A stretch of 64,000 nucleotides of DNA from Yuukianura sp. NJ FZ-2021 (lineage: Eukaryota). The notes under the pieces are model-generated. The model was not told the origin of the DNA. It ran no database searches and saw only the letters and a list, made by a program, of their open reading frames with translations. Shown here one piece after another: positions 50,176 to 61,909 of the stretch (the stretch's first letter is position 1; every line of letters starts with the position of its first letter). Location: positions 7,006,001-7,070,000 of the forward strand of contig CM102284.1 of the NCBI GenBank assembly GCA_046563655.1, written 5' to 3'. Position numbers and translations under genes: made by a program.

Positions 50176-53100
50176 TTAAAATAAATTCACTTCTGTTTTC
50201 CTAGAAGACTTTGATTTCTTTTTATCTTTGTCCTTTTTCACTTTCTTGGGTTTCTTGGAAGACTTTTCTGGAGGTTCCACCGTCAGTGGCACTGGCAGAT
50301 CCATGTCGATTGTTTCAGGCTCAAGAATTTTATCGCCTTCATGATTATGATTATGATGCTGCTCTTCAGTGGTACTTAAACTCAGCATGACAGCATCTTC
50401 AGTCAAATTTCGGGCAGCTTCAAAAGAATCCAACAGCAAATTCACTTCTTTCTCCGCCGCTGCCTTCTTGCTACTTTCGTTGTTCTTTTCTCCTTTGTCT
50501 TTCTTCGCTTTCTTCTTCTTCTTTCCTTCCTTATCCTCGTGCTTTGATTTCTTCTTGATCTTCCCAATTTCAGCTCCATTGGTATGTTGATTGATGGGCT
50601 CATGAGCTAAATAATTTGGATCTTTCCGATGAGAACGAACAGGAATTGACTCAAACGGTTCTAATGGACTATAAAACAAACGAGAACGTTTAATTTTTGT
50701 TCAATTTAACAAAAGCTTACATTAGTTGTCTAAACTTACATGTCAAGATCGATGTCAAGAGCTCGATGTGGGTCATCTTCTGGAAGTCGCGAGTGTTCTT
50801 CGTCCGATCCTGTCCATCCTTCAGGAAATTCCACCGCAGTGGTAACAACAAATGCACTGCTATCTTCTGCGTCTGCGTCGTCGTCTTCTTCCGAAACTTT
50901 GCCTTTGTCCTTCTTACTTCGTTTCTTCTTCATCTTCTTCGGTTTTTTAGTTGTTGGGACTTGAAGATATTTATCAGACGAAGCCAGACCAGGGACTTGA
51001 AGCGGTACGTTAAGATCTAAAGCCACAACTGGAACTTCGACGTTGCTATTGTTTCCTTTGAGTAACCCTGACTTGGCAGTTGGCTTCAAGTAGTGTGGAT
51101 TTAAATCTTGCTCTTGAATTCTAGCCTCTCGAAGCTATTAAAACAAAAATTATTAGAGAAATCCAAATTCAAAAAGTTGCAGAATGCCGGTAAACTTACA
51201 CGTTGGAGCTCGTCTTCTGTTAGTTTAGGTACAACTGCTTTCTCTTTCGTTTCTCCATAAAATTGGGCTGGAGTTTGAACAAAAACGTCTGAGCGTGCAT
51301 CTTCCTCTTCGCTTTCAGAAGGTGGATCGTTTATCCAGGCGTCCAAATCCAATCCCTCTGGAACAGGCACTTTCTTCTGGGCCTTTGGTGCAACAGGATT
51401 GAGCTCACTGAAGGAAAACCATTTCACGTTTTCAAAACATTTCGTGTTTTCAAAACATTGATTGACAGCATTTCACTAAACATTAATTTCGTGCTTACGT
51501 GATGAAGAATTGTTTGAGTTCGGTTCCTAGTGACGACGTGTCCATTTCACCCTTGGCTTGTAGTTTGAGGAATGCTTTGATGATGTTGAAAACTACTGAA
51601 CTTCTCTCCTGAACTTCAAGATCACTACTTGAAACAAAAAGTTTCGTCTTTTCTTGGACTTCTACCAAAAATTGTACGGCTCCATCTTGGTCCATTTCTT
51701 CACTGTTGCAAAGAATGTGACTTAGGATTTTGAGACAGTTTTGAAGAAAAACTGCTTGGATTGGAGAAGGCAATTGCGTCGTCTTTGGCTCGAGCATTGC
51801 AAGTAGAGTTGTTTTTGGATTTGGTAAAAACCTGGAACGAGAACAAAAAGTTTCGAAAAAATATTTTCAAAATTCAATTTTCCTGAATAACCTACTGGAC
51901 ATATTCTCCGCAAATCCAACCAGCGGCATAAAGCACTCGTGTCATATTAGTCGACGCTCTTCCGGAGGACAAACCGAAGATCACGAACGGGTTTTCGATA
52001 AGAATGCTCATCTGTTGTGCGCAGAATGGTCTGATATTTGGAACACGAACTGCCACGTCCAACAATTTTTCTATTCATACAATTAAAATTCATTAATACT
52101 TCTTGGCATTTCTCCAGGCATGTTCAATATTTTGAAAGGGGAGAAAATTAACCTGCAATCAAATCTCCTTGACTGACGCCTTCAATCCTCGTAAGTTCCA
52201 CGAGAACACTCACGTACCTGTAATTTTCAACATTTCAAATAGTTAAAATGAATTATAAATAATGTGTTTCAAAAAGTTATCTTACCATTCGAAATTTGTG
52301 ATATGTTGATAGTTGTTCTGTGAGCAGATTTGTATAATTTTGGAAAGAAGTTCGTCTCTGTACGTCGTTCCTTCCGCTTTCTCCATGTGAGTCATCAGTT
52401 TCTTGACTATCTCCATTAGATTCTTCTTGCTTACCATTCCACATAACAAATCAAGGGCCCTTAGCCTGATTGATTCATCTTTGTCATCCAAGCAACGCAT
52501 CACCAGATCCTTGTGTACTTGGATTTGTTTTGGATGGGTCGTAAAAATTCTCGACATGGCCAACAGCCCTGAGTATGGAAGAATGTTGTTAGCAAAATGA
52601 TTTAAATTTTAAAATCGCGAAAATACTTAGAGAAATCAAGAAGAAACTTGCCAAGATATTTTAGGTTTTGATCGGAATCTTAAAAAAAATTTAAAAAAAA
52701 ATTTAATTAATTAAAGTTTTAAAATTTAAGTCAATTTTCAATAGGAAATTTTTTTACCTTCGATGAGAACACGAAGTTTTTGAATACACAACTTTTGCAA
52801 AATTAAAAATTAAAACGTTTTAATTTTAAGTTCCATTTTCGATTTTCAGTAGGAGGATTTATTTTTACCTGTATAGAAGCACTGTGAGACGGCATTCCTG
52901 TAGAAATGGATATAAGAACTAAATACAAAAAAAATCAAACATTCACAAATCACAATTAACCCGGTATAAGCTTCTTGTCCGCCCGCATGCACCCAGGCAG
53001 TTGGGGTAACGCAGTAATGGTGCACAATGCCATAAAGCAATGCTCACAATTTCACAATTTTCACAATTTGTCCCAAGTTGAACAATTAAAAAACTTACCT

Positions 53101-54354
53101 GCAATGGTCGTATTGATACATTCGTACAACAAACTCATGGCACTTGTTCTAGGAAAAATTAAATTGATTAGTTTAAATAAATTGATTATTCCTTGAATTA
53201 ATTAATTAGTTACGAGTTTATAAGGTTCGTAAGCGGCTCCACAAGTTTTTTCCCGAGACGAGGCTCAAGCGGCGTCAATGCACTGAACAACTTGATAATT
53301 TTTATCAAGACCCTAGAAGTTGTCATAAAATATTTTATAATATAATATAAAATATGTATAATTAAATATATTCAATTTTACCAGTTGTTAGTTGAAGTGG
53401 ACATAATTTTGAAGAAAATTGGAGCCAGGCTCAAATAGTTTTTGGGATTTTTCCTCGCCAATTCGCAGACGACATTGACAGCAGCCGATTGGACGCCCGG
53501 ATCCGGGTCTTCTAGCTTTTCCTTCAGCCTTGGAAAGGCTGGACGCAAGGCATCAGGATATTTCAAGAATATTTTGTACAAAATTAAGATGCCTTTTTTA
53601 CGTAGGTAAGGCTTCGTTGAGGTCAACTAAAACGACAAAATATATGCTCATCCGTTTCGTAAAGCCAAAAGTATTTCATTGGTATTGAGTGAAACTTACT
53701 AGCATCATCACATCATTGGACAAGTCTCGAGCCAAATCTGGACTGACGAAACAAGAGAGGGCTGAAATTGCGATACCAGCCTCATATTGATTTTGACTGC
53801 TCAAATCTTTTCGTATCATATTCGTCGTAAGCATAAGAAGCTCAGAGTCCGGGTGATAGCATTGAGACGCAGCCAAGTAACCGATTCTTTTGTGCGTAAA
53901 TTTTGACGAAGAACAAACTTCTATAATGTTGAATCCGGCCCAGCTGATGTCGTATCCGATCATTTGTAACTGTAAACAGTCATACAAAATCCCAATCAAG
54001 TTTTCCGCCTAAATTCGTAGAAAGTAGAATCGTGATTTGTTCTTACATAAGTCAATTTAGTGATGGCATTGGCTTTCACCGCAATATTATCCTGCCTCAG
54101 TTCTACTTTGATTTCCTCCATACATTGTGAAATGTATTTCCCCTAAAAAACAATGACACAAATTAGTCAAACTTGCACTGCCTAAATTCATATCATAATC
54201 ACTATGGATGTTGCGAAAATTAGCCGGTGACGACGGAGTAGTTAGTTCCCGTTACCTCGTTCCCGTCTTTGTTATTGCGAATTCCTCTAACAAGATCCGC
54301 AAGGTTCTTATCGAATAACCGCTCCAGGTTCCCTTTGACCTTCTTCAGAGCCAT
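50176..54354 (-). CDS. AP3D1: AP-3 complex subunit delta (garnet orthologue)
   Basis: MALKKVKGNLERLFDKNLADLVRGIRNNK, KRIGYLAASQ, PDALRPAFPRLKEKLEDPDPGVQSAAVNVVCELARKNPKNYL, LDDKDESIRLRALDLL, ELNPVAPKAQKKVPVPEGLDLDAWIN, DDPHRALDIDL, Lys-rich tail. About 17 exons, including a 27-nt exon and a GC-AG intron. Confidence 0.96.
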
Positions 54355-55239
54355 TTTCGGTACGAAGTCAAGAATACTGGGATGACCCTGGGTTGAAAAT
54401 GAAATCACTTCTCCAAAAGTCCCAATGACAATCTGTACCTGTCACGCGACCTGTCAGTGATAAAATGGATTAAAAATCAACAAGATTGTTAAAATAAGAA
54501 TTCTATCTCGAATTCGGAAACAACTTACGATTCAAGATTACCGTAGTCAGTCGATATCCAAGACGAAATTCCTGTAGGTAAAGGTTGCAATGTCACCCCT
54601 TATCAAATTCGGCAGTGAAAGAAAACTGTACTTTGTATTTAAAAAAACAGAGAGATTCGAATGGACGACGGACTGAGACTGAGATGAGAGGGTGGGTGTT
54701 TCTGAGGAGGATTAACTTTAATCTTCTTCAACTTTGTCCATTTAGATTTAGGTAGGGGAGTTAATTAGAACACTCAGCACTTTAAGATTAATAATTAAGA
54801 TGCGTCCAGCTGAAGTTGATCTGTCATCGGTAATGCTGAAATTGTGTTCATTGCCCCCCGCCCCCAGTCTCAAACCATATGCTTTCTTTCTCTGAGGTTT
54901 TTCTTACGCAGAGTCTGAGCAGTAGAGAGCGCCTGATGGATATAAACGATTGCTTTTTGCATATATTCATCATAGTACGTGCTAAGTGTCAAAAGTAATT
55001 AATTCTTCTTGATTAAGCGATAACGACCGGCATAACGGGAGTATGAATAGCTTGGTTAGCACTTTAGCACCATTTTATTGAGGCGATGCCCATATATGAA
55101 CGAGAACCGAATTTAAATTGTAATGTTAAAAAAACGTAGTAATAAAATAAATATGGCTGCCATATTCGTTGAGCAGAATGCGATGGATAGGGAGAATATG
55201 GTGACATTAAGATCTTGAATTGGAGATGACATTGGGAGG

Positions 55240-56187
55240 TCAAAGGTCAGAGTCCTTGATGAATCGATTCCCCTCGGAGTTCTTTCCGACGTACTTGAAC
55301 TTGCGACGACCTTGACGTCCTTTCCGACGTTGCGGCGGATCAGCAGTTCCAGTTTGTTGCTCCGCATTTGGATCTGAGTTGTTCTGAGTCAGCGCAGAAC
55401 TATTCCGAATTGTGGCCTCAATTGGAACGGATGCTGGAAGGGGAGTATAGCTCGGAACGACCTTGACGTTTCCATAACACAGCTTTTTGGATTCAGCTAG
55501 TTCCTGATTAGATACGATTCGGTGATCCAGGAAACGAAGTCTGGAAAGATGGAATAGAATATGGCAACGATAGGCAGCGTACTCCGTTTCTTGGACGTTT
55601 TCATCTGAGAGCTGATCTGGACACACCGGGTTCCCCAGAAGTGACAAGTAGCGTAGATTAGGGGTCTTTGCACCCAAATCGGCTAGCAGAGCTGTCAAGT
55701 TAGAGATCTGGGGAAAAATCGATACCGAATGTCAACAGTGTAAATTGATTGTTTACTTTTAGGGAATTTATATTGCCATTACCCGGTTCTTATTGAGTGA
55801 CAGTGTATTTAATTTGGGAAATTGGGCCCGAAGTTCCAGACGAATTAATTGATTATTATCCAGAATCAATTCCTCCAACGTTCCTGCACATCCTTCCAGT
55901 CCGCGAACTTTGTTCAGCAAATTGAATGACAGATTGATACTTCGTATGAACGAGCCATACCGAATTGCATTAAATTCTGTCAAATCCCTTCCCACGACAC
56001 AAATCTGCAAATAACAAACAGGCCATATGTCAATTACAACAATTAATCGTTCGATTGAATGATGAGTTGGTTTTACTTCACTACAGTTTGACCCTGGCTC
56101 TTCTCCAGAGTTTCCAGCTAACAAGCTTGTCATCTTCCGTCCCAGTTTTTCGCGAAGTGTGACCACAAGTGACCTGGTCGTATTCAT
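55240..56187 (-). CDS. LRMDA: Leucine-rich melanocyte differentiation-associated protein homologue (C10orf11/OCA7)
   Basis: Exons 56077-56187, 55783-56004, 55240-55707. LRRs (INLSFNLL, LEELILDNNQL, LNTLSLNKNRI, LRYLSLLGNPVCP), LRR cap YR...LRFLD, and family-typical C-terminus YVGKNSEGNRFIKDSDL. The start could be 56133. Confidence 0.85.
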
Positions 56188-57870
56188 CCAAAAAGTTGTA
56201 TGAGTTTTTCCTGTTTGATTGAGCCAGTTATCGTTGAACCAATAATCTCCAATACATTTGTGTACTCAACGCACAAATTGTTGCCAAAAAGTCAAGTGTT
56301 AGTGTACCCGTTGGACCACTTTGGGCAGTTATACTTTTGGTTCTTGATTTTGTGTGTGTCCTGTTTGAAATTACAGAGGGATGCGATTAGGAAGACAATC
56401 AAGTACCAGATATGAATATGTTCTATTCGTCACGTAGCTATCGGTTTCAGTAATTATAGAGCATACTTGATGTCCACAATTGAAACAACGTTTGAATCTG
56501 TACGTCTTCTGGCCTTGGCTTCCATTTCATCTCCCTTGGGCTTGTTTGCAGAAGGGATGGACCACAGCATCCCAAAAGTCGATTTTTACGGGGGTTGATG
56601 CCAGTATTCTGTCCACCTTAAGGAATATGAAGATGCAGAGGAAAATCTTAGGCTTCTTTCAAAGGAATCCGCATCCGCACGTCATTTCAGTTTATTTATT
56701 TGTTCCTTTTTGTTTTTGCAAAGCCTTTTCGCAATACCGATACATCCAGCTTACCTAAAACACAAAGTACAAATGTATCATCATCCTTGACTCATCACAT
56801 CCTCATATCTCTCTGCGTAACTTACCAAGTAATCTCAAATGTTTTTCCTTTGATTAACATCTTGTTTACATGCCCAGTTGACCTCTCGTGACCTTAAGTT
56901 GTCTACAAAAAGAAAAACATAAAAATTAGTGATGGAGAAACTCTGTCTGAACCTTGCTTTCCATTTTCTCTTCCAGATTTCTCTTGCGTTTCATAGTATG
57001 AATCGTGTCAACTATGGATGACTAATCGAAAGTGTCAATTACATGCGTAGGTTGATGTGTTAATTGTTCATTTCCAATTGCAAAGTGCCCTTGTTTCGTA
57101 TCCATAAGAAGAAAGCGAAGGCTTCGTATTTGTACAAGTGAAAAAGGCAGACCGCATGTGTGTCAACCTTGGGCCGCCTCTGAGATAGGAAGGTTCTTAA
57201 CACTTTTAACATTTACATACGAAGTAATCAGCTCTTCCTTTTCATTACGTAATGGGGAATAATTCTCACGATTAATAGTTTGGATGAGTGACAAATACAG
57301 AGTACAGTTACAAGTCAAGTCAAGTGGTTAACCGTAGCTCCACTTAATTCATCGGAATTCAGGAAAAAGAGGTGAGGTTGGCTAGAAAATTAAACTTATT
57401 TTGGGTAATGAACCATATTTTAGTGTTCTAATTGTTGTTTAATGTTTTGTAACTTACGAAGTTCGATTACACTACAAGCGAAAGCAGCACAACGTAAAAG
57501 CGACGGAGCCTACTACATAGTACGCACAACTTTCTTAAATAAGATTAACATCAGCTGATTCGGTGATTAAGACGAACAACTTCTGAACGGGTCCGCAAAC
57601 TAGGTAATCCTTACTTAAGTTAATCCGAGTTCGGTAACGTTGCCGGAACGTATTTGTTCCGATTCAGGAGTTTGTCGGGTATCGTTACTTCGTTGGTGGT
57701 GCAATATTTGATTCATCAATTTGGTTTTTGTTTCAGGACAAAGAAGATCCTTAAGATAGAGGTCGCAGAGGCGCCGGGAATTCGATAGTTGGAGATTAAT
57801 TTCACGGTTGATTGAAGAAGGATAAGGTCACGGCTGTTTTTATCGCTGGAGATCGCATTTACACCAAATC

Positions 57871-60800
57871 ATGTCATACCCACCGCCACCTCCACCATTA
57901 GTTCCTGAAAATCCACCGGGAGTAACGAGAAGGCAAAGGGCACCGATTGAAAACAAAAGGTCAATTCTACTATCCGATGAAGAGAATAGATGCATCTTTG
58001 AAATTCTGGGGAAAGGAAGACAGGTACTTAACAGTCAGAAGAACTAAATTTTCATTTTTCCAATCTTTATATTGAATGTGTCAATCATCATTGGTTATCT
58101 TTTGATTGTTTTGACAGACTTTATCAACTGCAGTGGTCCAGTTACTCGTTCCCACGCCAGATCAACAACGATGGTACATCAAGGAAACTGGAGTTCTCTG
58201 CCTTGTTCGAGATAATACCAAAAAGTCATACTTTATTCAAGTATTTTCATTGAAAACGAAAAGTATGGTCTTCCGACAAGAAATCTACAATCAGTTTGAA
58301 TACCTCACATTGCAACAAAACTTCATGACGTTTGAAGGAGACGTAAGTCATTGTCAATTCAAATCCAACAATGTAACATTCTGAGTTTTCAAATGATTCA
58401 GTTAACCTTATGACCTTCAGATTTAAAGTTTGCGTTTTGAATTGCATTTTTCCTCCCATAATCCGCCTCCATCATCTCCAAAGTTATTTCCGATTGAAAA
58501 AATGTCTGTAACTTGGCATCCGTCCACTCTCTCAACTTTCGGAAGAATTTAATGAAGGATTTTGTGATCTCAATGTGTATGACAGCGTATCCTTGTTCAT
58601 ATTTTGTCTCCTCAGTCACTTGTTCACTGTTCTTGAGTAGACAAAAGCTTAACAGTTTACGTGCTCTGAATATTTCGTTTTTAGGAAAATGCCACGACTC
58701 AAACGATTTATGATTAGACTCCTTTGCTGTGTAAAATTTACTGTTTAATCTTTTAATTTGTGTAAAATTAGCATCTGCTTTGTGGAGCACAGTTGATTCT
58801 AATTTTTGCCATTTTACTTGTTTTTCCAGAACTCTCGCGTTGGGATAAATTTTGCAGATCGTGTAGAATCTGCTGATTTCAAGGATGTTTTGGATGCTAA
58901 ACTCGAGTCAAAGAGAAATCGGCGGAATGGTAAGCATGTCTATTACTGTTTTCCATGTTCATTTGAATTTCAAGCAATTGGCGAATCTTTGTCATTTAAA
59001 GTAGCGTAGTCCTGCGTCTTTTAGCAGTAGTAGTTCGACCCAATTTTCCATCGTAGTGCTTTTCACTTTCAGTTTTTAGTTCTCTTTTTTAGAATTCTTA
59101 GACCTTGTCGATTCTTGTTAGATTTTTAGTCTTTTTTCAGCGATTTTAATTTGGACTTGACCCAAAAATGACTTTTCGTAGAAAAAGTAGCAAAAAGTTT
59201 AAACTAGATCAAGATCATAGGAGAAGCGACAGTCCCATTTTTTCATTTGACAATGACGACACCGTGTCCTTGTTCAAATTTAGTAGCACACCAGTGTTTA
59301 GCTGGGTGTGGGGTTCAAATAGTCCAGAAAATTGTACAGATTCTCCAGCAATCGGTCTAGGTAAAGTGGAAACTGGAAAGTTATGAGATTAACACAGCTT
59401 TGTTTAGCTTGCCTTAAGTGTTCCACGTTTTAGAAATAAATTAGCAGCGTTGAAGTGTGCGCTGATTCAATTTTAGTCTAAATCTCTACTTTTTTTTTCA
59501 GATCGACGGTCGCGCTTGTTGGAACATCAGCAGTTCGATGGAGTTCAAAACTCTCCTGCGACAGATAATACGAGTAACCACTCATCAGGCTCATTCCAGG
59601 AAAATGTTGTGGTCAATGGAACTCCCGCCAGGACGTCGCCTTATACTTTCCCGGCAAAACATGCAGTAGCTGTAACGAAATTGGGAAAGAAAAAGAACAA
59701 GGACAAGGGAAAGGGGAAACCGAGTTTACGGAAAGAAGATATAGGGAAACCCATGGACTTTCGTCACGTTCAACACGTCGGATGGGATCCGAATCGGGGA
59801 TTTGATTTAGATGGAGTGGATTCTAGGATGTTAGGATTCTTTGAGAAAGCGGGAGTTTCTAGGACTCAATTAGAAGATGCTACTACACGAGAATTTATAT
59901 ACAAGTGAGACAATTTTCAACCTAAAACGTAGTAATTACTGAATTGAAGCTAATGATTAATAATTTTTGTCAATTAACAGTTTCATTGAAGAATACCAAG
60001 CAAAAGGAGGGGATCAACCAGTGTCACTGCCGCCTCCGAATCAAAATCAGCCTCCAGCGAGACCTCCACCTCCACCGATGCATATTCATAATAACAATCT
60101 CAACAGTCAAGGTGGCCCTCCAGTACCAATTCGTCACTCTCCGTTACTTCCACATGGAACGAAATCTCCAGCCCCACCACCTCCTCCAGCCAGAGTTGTG
60201 CCACCCCCACCGTCAAGTCAATCAAAACCAGGAGTAACTACGATAAACATCAACGGAAACGGAGGACCACCGCCGCCCCCTCCTCCGCCACCTCCACCGA
60301 TGAACTTTGATGTAGTTGATGAAGGTGTTAGTCATATTAAAAAGTCCCAGCCTCCAGCTCCTCCTCAAGCTGAAGCAGTTGACGAGAGATCTGCACTTTT
60401 ACAACAGATTCAGAAAGGAGTTGCTTTAAAGGTATGAAAATGTCAATTTCTTTTTGATTCTTTTCGTTTTTGGGAGTGATTTTCTAATGATTTTGGTTTT
60501 CATTTTTAGAAAGTAGAGCCTGAGAGTAACAGGAGATCTGGAGGAGGATTATCCGACTGCCTTGATCAAATAAAGACTGGAGTAGATTTGAAAAAGGTAA
60601 ACAATCAGCACATTTATGTTACAATCTGCCCATTTACATTACAATCAGCACATTTGAGCTGCAATCAACAGCGTTGCAATCAGCCCGTTTACGTTTTACG
60701 CAGCACATTGTTTCGGACTTACTCAGATACTTCCCAGTATCTGCTATGACGTTAATTAATTACGCATTTGTTTTTGTTTGTACAGACTTTAGTACCACCC

Positions 60801-60950
60801 AAAATCCCACAATCAGCGGAAGAGCTTGACGGATTAGCTGGTGCTCTGAACCGAGCACTTGCGGCGAGATCTAAAGCCATTAATCCCGAATCCTCGAGTT
60901 CTGGAGAAGACAATGATGATGACGGGTTTGATGAAGATGAGTGGGAGTAA
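57871..60950 (+). CDS. WASp: Wiskott-Aldrich syndrome protein (WH1, basic, CRIB, polyproline, 2x WH2, central/acidic)
   Basis: Exons 57871-58023, 58118-58342, 58830-58929, 59502-59903, 59981-60431, 60510-60596, 60786-60950. WH1 TLSTAVVQL...GVLCLVRDNTKKSYFI; CRIB DIGKPMDFRHVQHVGWD; WH2 RSALLQQIQKGVALKKV and LDQIKTGVDLKK; acidic tail DEDEWE*. Confidence 0.95.
60600..60690. repeat. ~19-bp degenerate tandem repeat in a WASp intron
   Basis: acaatcagcacattt-like unit repeated about 4-5 times. Confidence 0.6.
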
Positions 60951-61909
60951 AAACTACAAATCAATCAACTTCATGACTGATTTGAGTCATCTACGCCACG
61001 TTTCGATTGAAATCTACACATTTACTATGATATGGACTGCTTCACATCCAGCAATTCAACAGAAATTCCCAACAACAATTCATATCGCTTCACACACAAA
61101 AACTTTTTTGGAAAAGCGTTCCAGTAGTCCCCCGTCCTTGAGCAAGGGTGGAGACCTTTCAGTTTTAAAATGTGATATCATCGGAGAGATCCAAAATCCA
61201 TGAACTTCTGCGCGGTTTTTACTTAAAACTCTTTCTTTTTAATTCAATTTCAACAAAATGTTTAACGGTACAGGGAGAAACAGAAATAATGAAAAAGTCA
61301 GCATTTTAGAAGAAATAATTTCAATATTTAATTTAAATTCTAACCTCATATTTAATTTTGATTTGTGCATGTAATTCCTGCGCGGGCTGAACAAGTCCAT
61401 AACGCTAAAAAACAAACTGAGACAGTGATGAAAGGATACAAATTACTAAAAATTACTTTAAAAATTAATAAATTTAATTTTTTTAAATTAGCAAAAGTTA
61501 CTTTATATCGATCTTCTGTCTGTCCGTCTGTCTTACTGTCCATACATGAGTGTCAATTGGCGTGTTAAATTAATTAGTTTAATTAATTGTAGTATTGTTA
61601 ATGTTCATATTTATCTAGTATTTCGGATCTACTTTTGGGCCATGGCCAGTCCACGTTCACGCATGGGAGATTTTTTGGGAAAAACGCAATCGGTTATTGC
61701 GAAAATTTTTAATCTAATCTTTTCGGACAGATTTCAATTATGTATCACGTCCGCATTGTTCTTTTTGCTTTCCAGTTTAGCACAATCACAAATTACATGG
61801 AATCGGATGGACGATGAGTTATAGACCAACTTTGAAGTAGTTCACGAGAAGTACTCGACCACTAGTGTGCTGTTCCATGTTTCAAAAAAATTCTTAGAAA
61901 AATTGCAAT

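Noticed and set aside
56200-56900. Small ORFs upstream of LRMDA as a separate gene
   Set aside because: No consistent spliced frame or motif; more likely LRMDA 5' UTR exons and introns.
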